IMG/VR virus record: IMGVR_UViG_3300032677_000013
DNA: 31,358 bases
Reading direction: 5' to 3' (one strand)
Source of the DNA: an uncultured virus (IMG/VR IMGVR_UViG_3300032677_000013)
Lineage: Duplodnaviria > Heunggongvirae > Uroviricota > Caudoviricetes
The translations under genes were made by a program, and so were the position numbers. Position 1 is the first letter of the stretch. Every line of letters begins with the position of its first letter. This document shows, in pieces, positions 25,892 through 31,358 of this stretch. The notes beneath the pieces were generated by a model. That model ran no database searches, was not told where the DNA came from, and saw nothing but the letters and a program-made list of their open reading frames with translations.

Positions 25892-26048
25892 TATCCGCTC
25901 CTGAAAATCCGCAACCGTTGTGGCAAAGCCAAACCCATCCATGTTTGTCGTGGGTAACGCTCAGGCTTTTATCTTTTTTATTTTTGCGCGTGTCTCCGCA
26001 CTGGGGGCATTTGTGTTTTCCCGCCTTTGTGGGCCGCCAATCTGTCAT
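25530..26048 (-). CDS. Primase zinc-binding domain in a separate frame (only the first ~50 aa look real)
   Basis: CPQCGDTRKNKKDKSLSV...WLCHNGCGFSG matches the Zn ribbon of phage primase-helicases. The remainder overlaps the primase gene out of frame. Confidence 0.65.
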   Translation of the reverse strand: MTDWRPTKAGKHKCPQCGDTRKNKKDKSLSVTHDKHGWVWLCHNGCGFSGADNDTSPQARGMADGSRSRSDSCRGIRPENGIARRKELAGGALPGGGGNHKSQISVDLGKRSPNGQRLSSIAMERRLPERSQGSERARSAGDNRGGMGRTGGNSSGFSIRRVGSQRSARKAD

Positions 26049-26695
26049 GGTCCCAAATACCTCGGTTCGCCAGCTTCAATGCTATCACGCGCTTCCTGCT
26101 GTTTTCGTGATAACCAGCTTGACGTAGATTGAAACCATTTTTTCCGCTCATCTTCTGGACGGTCTTTTAACCAATCGTCTCTGGATTGCAAAGCCGCCAT
26201 GATGTCCACCTTGGGGTATGCCTTTTGCCAACGGCTCAGGTCGGCAGGTTTTAGTCGGATCACGAAACCCGAAAAAGCGTAATTATAATCTTTCTTTTCT
26301 TTATCTGTATCTGTATCTGTATCTGTATGGCATAGCGTTCGCTGAGCGTTCGCTGAGCGTTCGCTTAGCATTCGCTGAGCGTTCGCTAGACCCCCTTTCC
26401 TATTTTTCAATGACTTACACCGCACCTTGTGCAGCTCATGCTCCACCCTACTATGAAACCATTTCCCGCCAACAACCTCGAAGAAGTCCGCTAAAGTTGG
26501 TTTTAGACGGTTCCAAGCACGGGCTTCAAGGCGGCAAATTCGGGCTAGTTTTTTGTCGTCATCGGGCAGCGCTTCACCCCTCTGCCAATAGGTCATGATG
26601 AGCAAAAGATATGCCCCATGCTCAATCGTCGACAGGTGCGCAGCGTCTGATAAATAGTCTGCCACATAGAGCGGCATATAGGGTAAGGCGGCCAT
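26045..26695 (-). CDS. Replication initiator (DUF1376/YdaU family)
   Basis: MAALPYMPLYVADYLSDAAHLSTIEHGAYLLLIMTYWQRGEALPDDDKKLARI N-terminus and internal iterons. Confidence 0.85.
   Translation of the reverse strand: MAALPYMPLYVADYLSDAAHLSTIEHGAYLLLIMTYWQRGEALPDDDKKLARICRLEARAWNRLKPTLADFFEVVGGKWFHSRVEHELHKVRCKSLKNRKGGLANAQRMLSERSANAQRTLCHTDTDTDTDKEKKDYNYAFSGFVIRLKPADLSRWQKAYPKVDIMAALQSRDDWLKDRPEDERKKWFQSTSSWLSRKQQEARDSIEAGEPRYLGP
26281..26388. repeat. Putative replication origin: five 11-bp iterons, (TATCTG)4 and an AT-rich tract
   Basis: AGC(G/A)TTCGCT(G/T/A) x5 in tandem at 26334-26388, TATCTG x4 at 26302-26325 and AT-rich 26281-26301, all inside the initiator gene. Confidence 0.75.
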
Positions 26696-26883
26696 TAAAC
26701 TGATTCCAATCCGCCTAGCACAATCCAATCTTCCGCTTCCTCGGCGGTAAGGTGGCCGTGCTGATAAGCTATCATGATGCGATGCTTTTTTTCGCTTGGA
26801 TCAGCCTCTATCTCGATAAATCGTTCAATCAGCCTTTTGGCGAATATCCGCAAATCCAAATGCGTGCTGGTGACGTATGGCAT
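26695..26883 (-). CDS. Hypothetical protein
   Basis: 62 aa ORF abutting both neighbours. Confidence 0.65.
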   Translation of the reverse strand: MPYVTSTHLDLRIFAKRLIERFIEIEADPSEKKHRIMIAYQHGHLTAEEAEDWIVLGGLESV

Positions 26884-27177
26884 TTATGCCTCCGTCATTG
26901 ATGTTGAATTGACAGTAATGCCAAACTGGCTTTCCAGCTTGTCGGAGGGCAGACGGCGAAATTCACCGCACCAATCATTGATGCGCGTTGTGGGCCAAAC
27001 GCATTCTTTATTGGCGGGATTTACAAATGGCGGGCGGCGGCGGCAGCGGCCATCATCCAATCCGATAAATCTATCCCAAAGGCGACAAAACTCGCATTTT
27101 CTGGGAACCAAAACGTCCAAAGATACAATATTATCTTGTGTTTTTGGCGTTAAAATACTAAGCGTTTTTCTCGTCAT
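26884..27177 (-). CDS. Cys-rich metal-binding phage protein
   Basis: CEFCRLW...GRCRRRPP...WPTTRINDWCGEF four-Cys pattern. Confidence 0.65.
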   Translation of the reverse strand: MTRKTLSILTPKTQDNIVSLDVLVPRKCEFCRLWDRFIGLDDGRCRRRPPFVNPANKECVWPTTRINDWCGEFRRLPSDKLESQFGITVNSTSMTEA

Positions 27178-27202
27178 GGCGAACTTCCTTTCGCTAATGT
27201 CT

Positions 27203-27238
27203 AGGGCTGGGAAGAGGCGCTAACACTCTCCCGGCCCT
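27203..27238 (-). promoter_or_regulatory. Strong intergenic hairpin ahead of an SD
   Basis: AGGGCCGGGAGAG-UGUUAGCGC-CUCUUCCCAGCCCU on the minus strand, with no U-tract. Confidence 0.45.
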
Positions 27239-27244
27239 CTTACC

Positions 27245-27595
27245 TTATACTACCCAGCCCCAATTCGCTAGCGCTTTATCAACGTCATCGGTGGACCTGC
27301 AAATGGCGTAGTGATGGCCCAAACTTTCAAGCCATGCCTTACACGCCTTCTGGCTGGGATGGATGGTGCCTGTGGGGGTTTTGACCTCGATATGGCCTAT
27401 CCTGCCACCGCTGGCATATACTAGAAGATCGGCAAAGCCGGGCAGTAATCCGTCCGCCTTTAGGCTTGCCATTTGCCTAGACCGTTTAAGCTTATCTCCG
27501 GCCAATACAGCGCCATTAGGAACGTGGACGCTATCAAAGCCCCGCAAGGAAAGATGCTGCCTGATAAGGCGTTGCAGGGCGGATTCTGGCCTCAT
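27245..27595 (-). CDS. VRR-NUC domain nuclease
   Basis: ESALQ...HVPNG...GLLPGFADL...IEVKTPTG...SQ PD-(D/E)xK pattern. Confidence 0.85.
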   Translation of the reverse strand: MRPESALQRLIRQHLSLRGFDSVHVPNGAVLAGDKLKRSRQMASLKADGLLPGFADLLVYASGGRIGHIEVKTPTGTIHPSQKACKAWLESLGHHYAICRSTDDVDKALANWGWVV

Positions 27596-27780
27596 GGTAA
27601 TTTAAATTCCAAAGCATCTAAATATCCGCGATACCATCTATCTTGCGACATGCACCAGCCGCTCGAATGTTTATATGGGCATTCCGGCGTGGGCAAATCC
27701 AAAAACCGCTTATTCAGACCGGCTGAGACACCAGCCCGATAGGCTTCCCTTAGCTTATAATCGGTTTTAGGATGGGCCAC
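27592..27780 (-). CDS. Ribosome modulation factor (Rmf)-like small protein
   Basis: AYRAGVSAG...ECPY...RWYRGYLDA parallels the Rmf pattern A..RGY.AG...CPY...W..GW..A. Confidence 0.55.
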   Translation of the reverse strand: MAHPKTDYKLREAYRAGVSAGLNKRFLDLPTPECPYKHSSGWCMSQDRWYRGYLDALEFKLP

Positions 27781-28016
27781 TATTCCATCCCAAGGGCGGA
27801 TAGATAGGTTTCAATAAGCATGTCGGCCTCGCGCCTTGAATCGGGCGTCATCTTTCGCAAGCGCACAATCTGGCGCATGATCTTTGCATCATACCCCACG
27901 GACTTAGCCTCGGAATAAACGTCTTTAATATCGTCAGCGATGGCTTTTTTCTCTTCTTCCAGCCTCTCCACCCGTTCGATCAAAAGGCGCAAGCGTTCAT
28001 CGGTATTTGCAGTCAT
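27780..28016 (-). CDS. gapR: GapR / DUF2312 nucleoid-associated protein
   Basis: RLRLLIERVERLEEEKKAIADDIKDVYSEAKSVGYDAKIMRQIVRLRK...LIETYLSALGM. Likely start ATG at 28016. Confidence 0.92.
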   Translation of the reverse strand: MTANTDERLRLLIERVERLEEEKKAIADDIKDVYSEAKSVGYDAKIMRQIVRLRKMTPDSRREADMLIETYLSALGME

Positions 28017-28027
28017 GTTTAATCCTT

Positions 28028-28462
28028 TCACACTACCATATCGTCAACAAGCCTGCCCATTCGAGGTAAGCTATATTTTTCTTGTTCGATTTTCAGCCAG
28101 CTTTCCCGCTCGGCGCGGCGCTTTTCCTGATCTCGCTCTATCCTATCAAACAATGATTCACGCTCAATAATTGCTTGTTGCACAAATACTTTTGACCGCG
28201 CCTTTTTCTCTTCCCAAGTCGTAATAGTTCTTTTTTTGCTTGATATGGTTTTTCCGGTTTCCACTATCGTTAGGGTGCAATGGCTCCCTTTCGATGAGCG
28301 CTTTATTTTATTTGCCCTGTCCAGCCTGTTTAAAGCATGGCCCACCGTGTCAATCGTCATGCCCAACTGATCGGCCAATTCTGCATTCTTAGGGCGCAAG
28401 GCGTTATTTTCGCAAAGGTTGTACAGCAAGTTGTACAAACGAATGTCTTCTATTTTTGTCAT
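28028..28462 (-). CDS. Winged-HTH DNA-binding protein
   Basis: RPKNAELADQLGMTIDTVGHALNRLDRANKIKR wHTH pattern. Confidence 0.7.
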   Translation of the reverse strand: MTKIEDIRLYNLLYNLCENNALRPKNAELADQLGMTIDTVGHALNRLDRANKIKRSSKGSHCTLTIVETGKTISSKKRTITTWEEKKARSKVFVQQAIIERESLFDRIERDQEKRRAERESWLKIEQEKYSLPRMGRLVDDMVV

Positions 28463-28839
28463 ACTGCCTCCCCTTTTTTCATGGCCTGTTTATTTTGCAG
28501 GTTCCGGACAATCGCCGGATGTTCTCGGCACAGGGTTTTGTAGAGATACTCGCTGCCCCGCTCCATCATTAGGTCATTAGCCTTGGAATAAGCAAATTCT
28601 CCATTCTTGGCTTTTATGTCCAGCTTGTTTTGCAATTTTTCCTTTTGTGTATTACCCCTGTTATATTCATACATAAAATTGCGTATTTTGGCATAATTGA
28701 CGTTTGCCAGACGGCGGCCTTGGACGATTAGCATCATAATACCCTCATCATTAACCGCCAATTTTCCAAATTCCCTCGCCTCCATTTTGTGAAACTTCAG
28801 GAATTTTTGTATTTCGGTGAGTAGATTGGTTCTTGCCAT
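28459..28839 (-). CDS. Hypothetical protein with N-terminal HTH-like domain
   Basis: LLTEIQKFLKFHKMEAREFGKLAVND...GRRL...KIRNFM resembles small alphaproteobacterial phage HTH proteins. Confidence 0.6.
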   Translation of the reverse strand: MARTNLLTEIQKFLKFHKMEAREFGKLAVNDEGIMMLIVQGRRLANVNYAKIRNFMYEYNRGNTQKEKLQNKLDIKAKNGEFAYSKANDLMMERGSEYLYKTLCREHPAIVRNLQNKQAMKKGEAV

Positions 28840-28849
28840 ATTTAATCCA

Positions 28850-29038
28850 TTAAATCCGAGGGAGACGGGGCATGGCCTTGGTCTCTTCTAGTATAATTCT
28901 CTTTATGGTGGAGTCATGAGTGCGGAATGACCGAGCCAGAGCGTCCGGTGATTGATAGAGCGAGCGGCACCTTATCGACATGCGCTCCTCTAGTGAAAAG
29001 CTATCAATGCTGCGGTGGATAGATGTTACATCACTCAT
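28850..29038 (-). CDS. Hypothetical protein (possible HTH)
   Basis: 62 aa, SPDALARSFRTHDSTIKRII. Confidence 0.55.
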   Translation of the reverse strand: MSDVTSIHRSIDSFSLEERMSIRCRSLYQSPDALARSFRTHDSTIKRIILEETKAMPRLPRI

Positions 29039-29157
29039 TTATCGTTCACCGGCTGAAACACGCCACGCGCGGAATATGTTTGATCAATGCGATAAAGAGT
29101 AAGCCAAATCGCCCGCAGGTGATCTTTTGATCTTTGCTCGATAGCGGGAATAATCAT
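29035..29157 (-). CDS. Hypothetical 40 aa protein
   Basis: Not in the ORF track: MIIPAIEQRSKDHLRAIWLTLYRIDQTYSARGVFQPVNDK*. TAATG and ATGA overlaps at its two ends. Confidence 0.55.
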   Translation of the reverse strand: MIIPAIEQRSKDHLRAIWLTLYRIDQTYSARGVFQPVNDK

Positions 29158-29366
29158 TAGGCACCTTTCTTTATAACGCCAGATTCTATCATATCCAAAG
29201 CGGACTCCAGCTTACCCAAAACCCGAGGATTAATAGTAGCTGGATTGGCCTTCCAGCGTGAAGGTGTTGAAGGCGATACGCCTGCAATGTCGCACAAGGC
29301 ATACATTGGTAAACGGGCGTCAAAACACCGCTGATATAGGTTTTTCAATGCAGTTTCTTTATCCAT
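29157..29366 (-). CDS. Cro-like HTH regulator
   Basis: Start MDKETALK at 29366. MYALCDIAGVSPSTPSRWK HTH. First gene of the leftward block. Confidence 0.75.
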   Translation of the reverse strand: MDKETALKNLYQRCFDARLPMYALCDIAGVSPSTPSRWKANPATINPRVLGKLESALDMIESGVIKKGA

Positions 29367-29372
29367 GCGGCC

Positions 29373-29454
29373 TGTATGGTGGGAATTATTGCCAAAATCA
29401 AGCGCATTTTTTCGCAAAATAATGCTTGCAGGATGTGTAAAGATGGCATAGCAA
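29373..29454. promoter_or_regulatory. Back-to-back promoters with a central imperfect palindrome
   Basis: Minus strand TTGATT-N17-CATACA. Plus strand TTGCAG(29426)-N17-TAGCAA(29449). GCATTTTTTCGCAAAATAATGC (29404-29425) is self-complementary at 18 of 22 positions. Confidence 0.55.
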
Positions 29455-29509
29455 AGGCCTATAGCCGGTGAGCGGGATGCTGACCCGGCCAGATAGAGGA
29501 TACTCTAAA

Positions 29510-29794
29510 ATGTTTTTGGATGATCTTTTGAACTTGGATGACCGTCACAAGTTGATGGTGATTGATTGGATCGCGGACACGTTGCCCGAGGAATTGAGCG
29601 AAGAGCTGGCCAAAGGATTGGCGGTTGCTTTTGAGCGCGCCGAGGAAAGTCGGCCTAGTGCCTTTCTGCCCATTTATCCCGCTGGTGGCCCTCATGCAGT
29701 TTGGGCTTCGTGGCGGGCGGTGCGCGATAGGGTCATTGTTGAGGCTTTGGAAAATATGAAGCGTTTCCATAAAATGTGGAGGACGGAACGATGA
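29510..29794 (+). CDS. Hypothetical early protein
   Basis: Likely start MFLDDLL at 29510, after an AGAGGA SD. Confidence 0.65.
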   Translation: MFLDDLLNLDDRHKLMVIDWIADTLPEELSEELAKGLAVAFERAEESRPSAFLPIYPAGGPHAVWASWRAVRDRVIVEALENMKRFHKMWRTER

Positions 29795-29994
29795 TGAGCG
29801 CCCGCGATATTGGTGAAACCACCGCTTATGCCTGTGGTTTTGCGGAAACCCTCGTGGAAAAGTCATTGCGCTATCTGCATGACTTACCCGTTCCAGACGA
29901 TGCCATAGCCGCCATGAAGCTGATTTGGGCCATTGATGCCCTGAATGATGCGTTGAAGGCTTTGCAAGTTCCTTTTGAAAGGAAAAAACCATGA
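29791..29994 (+). CDS. Hypothetical early protein
   Basis: Likely start MMSARD at 29791 (ATGA overlap, GGAGG SD). Confidence 0.6.
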   Translation: MMSARDIGETTAYACGFAETLVEKSLRYLHDLPVPDDAIAAMKLIWAIDALNDALKALQVPFERKKP

Positions 29995-30131
29995 TCCGCT
30001 TAGTTATTATTGCACTAGGATTTGTCCTGCTGCTTAACGCTTTTGACAAGATCGATGCTGGTATCGAGGCCAAGCGCGCCGGATTGCTGGTGAATTATCA
30101 TATGCCTATGCCGGGGGGGGCCAACCGATGA
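29991..30131 (+). CDS. Small membrane-anchored protein (46 aa)
   Basis: Not in the ORF track: MIRLVIIALGFVLLLNAFDKIDAGIEAKRAGLLVNYHMPMPGGANR*. ATGA overlaps at both ends. Confidence 0.6.
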   Translation: MIRLVIIALGFVLLLNAFDKIDAGIEAKRAGLLVNYHMPMPGGANR

Positions 30132-30349
30132 CTGCTATGCGGTTTTTCACGCAGGGAAATGGCCTGCCAGCGACAGGGCATTATTCGTATCTGAATGCCC
30201 TCCCTCGGATTTCCATTAATGACAATCAAGATGAGGCTCTACGCCGCCGCAGCCTTGCCCGGCGCGAAGGTCTGGCTTGGGATGCCTTTGCCAGCGATGA
30301 GCGCCCCGGATCGTGGGTGCCGTCTGTTTTTGAGGAATTGGAACAATGA
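30128..30349 (+). CDS. Hypothetical early protein
   Basis: 73 aa, coupled at both ends. Confidence 0.6.
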   Translation: MTAMRFFTQGNGLPATGHYSYLNALPRISINDNQDEALRRRSLARREGLAWDAFASDERPGSWVPSVFEELEQ

Positions 30350-30648
30350 CCAGCTATACATTTTGGGCCGATCTGGTCAGGGATGGAAAAGATATGGAAG
30401 TGGAAGTGCAATATACCTGCACACCATTTATTCCTGCCACCCATATTCAGCCAGAGGAAGGTGGGGAGATTGAGATTCTCAACGCTTGGATTGATGGCGA
30501 TGTCATTGATCTGACCGATGCCGAGGATGCGCTTTTGATCCAGTTGGCTGGGGATAGGGCGGAATCCGACATGGCCGATGATGATGCGGATCGTGGCGAT
30601 TATCTGTATGAACAAGCTCGTGATCGCCGCGCACTGGGGGATGATTAA
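30346..30648 (+). CDS. Highly acidic small protein
   Basis: 100 aa, D/E-rich, coupled at both ends. Confidence 0.7.
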   Translation: MTSYTFWADLVRDGKDMEVEVQYTCTPFIPATHIQPEEGGEIEILNAWIDGDVIDLTDAEDALLIQLAGDRAESDMADDDADRGDYLYEQARDRRALGDD

Positions 30649-31043
30649 TGACTGGCCGCGTCCAATATCTACCGTGGATTACCCGCGATATGCTTTGGGG
30701 CGATCCCGATGCCCGCTTTGTGTTTGGCGATAATGCCGAACGATGGGGATTGGGTGGGCAGGCCAAGGAAATGCGCGGCGAGCCTAATGCCATTGGCGTC
30801 GCCACGCTCTGGTCGCCGGGCAATTATTATCTCGCTGGAGACCTAGTGGCCATCCGCACGGTGCTGCGTGATCTGCGTATGGTCGGCGCTGCGCTGGCAG
30901 AAGGCCATGCTGTCTACGTTCCAAACGATGGCCTCGGAACCGGCCTTGCGCGCCTTGCTGAGAACGCGCCAGCCATTGCCAATCTTATCACCGCATTTTT
31001 CCACGCTTGCCCAGGCGAGCAGTGCCCATGGGAGTTCATCTAA
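30648..31043 (+). CDS. Macro-domain-like phage protein
   Basis: FVFGDNAERWGLGGQAKEMRGEPNAIGVAT...VYVPNDGLGTGLA, matching the N-x-GGxA and P-x-GTG loops of macro-like folds. Confidence 0.6.
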   Translation: MTGRVQYLPWITRDMLWGDPDARFVFGDNAERWGLGGQAKEMRGEPNAIGVATLWSPGNYYLAGDLVAIRTVLRDLRMVGAALAEGHAVYVPNDGLGTGLARLAENAPAIANLITAFFHACPGEQCPWEFI

Positions 31044-31358
31044 ATGACCGATGCCATCGCCAAGCCGAAGCGCGCCAAGAAGGCCGCGAACCCTGCCGGT
31101 CCCACTGAGTTTGTGGCTTACAAGGGCTTCGATAAAAATCTGCAATGTCGTGGCTATCAATATGAGGTGGGGAAAACCTACGTCCACACCGGCAAAGTGA
31201 AGCGGTGCGATAGTGGTTTTCACGCCTGCCAGAACCCGCTTGATGTGCTGGACTTCTACCCGCTCGAAAATGGAAATCGTTTCGCCAAGGTCACGATGCG
31301 CGGTCAGGTTGATCGCAGCGATGACAGGAAATGGGCTGCGGCCGAACTGACGGTTGAT
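31044..31358 (+). CDS. Phage protein, DUF7666-like (runs off the window)
   Basis: Not in the ORF track: MTDAIAKPK...AYKGFDKNLQCRGYQYEVGKTY...CDSGFHACQNPLDVLDFYP. Confidence 0.75.
   Translation, partial: MTDAIAKPKRAKKAANPAGPTEFVAYKGFDKNLQCRGYQYEVGKTYVHTGKVKRCDSGFHACQNPLDVLDFYPLENGNRFAKVTMRGQVDRSDDRKWAAAELTVD

Noticed and set aside
26302..26388. Tandem repeats as a possible CRISPR array
   Set aside because: No spacers, units of only 6 and 11 bp, and located inside the initiator CDS. Better explained as iterons.
29459..30073. 204 aa minus-strand ORF as the missing repressor
   Set aside because: No HTH or S24 motifs, and it is antisense to a chain of coupled plus-strand genes.
30113..30120. 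G8 tract as a phase-variation switch
   Set aside because: It lies at the very end of a 46 aa ORF and probably serves as the SD for the next gene. There is no evidence of length variation.

Overview
This window is a ~31 kb segment of a tailed dsDNA phage or prophage with a contractile tail, most likely infecting an alphaproteobacterium (it carries a GapR/DUF2312 homologue). One long minus-strand block (29.4 kb to 1) runs as follows. (1) Cro-like and small regulatory genes, GapR, an Rmf-like protein and a VRR-NUC nuclease. (2) A DUF1376 replication initiator with internal iterons and a T7 gp4/Twinkle-like primase-helicase whose zinc-binding domain lies in a separate frame. (3) A putative late regulator, a structured late leader and the two terminase subunits. 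(4) A GPT collagen-like fibre module, a DUF1073 portal, an atypical tRNA-Thr and a Mu-F-like head protein. (5) A modular polyprotein, a Nudix-DUF2213 protease fusion, scaffold, decoration protein and major capsid protein. (6) Neck, sheath, tube, tail chaperone with a -1 frameshift candidate, tape measure with an SLT domain, and baseplate genes. A divergent plus-strand early block starts at 29.5 kb. The most interesting candidate system is a possible capsid-cargo system in which the DUF2213 prohead protease cuts at recurring D|A/S/D/E sites, releasing a Nudix hydrolase and a string of small effector modules. H-type RNA pseudoknots also flank the scaffold/capsid genes. All family assignments come from motif recognition and synteny, not from database searches.
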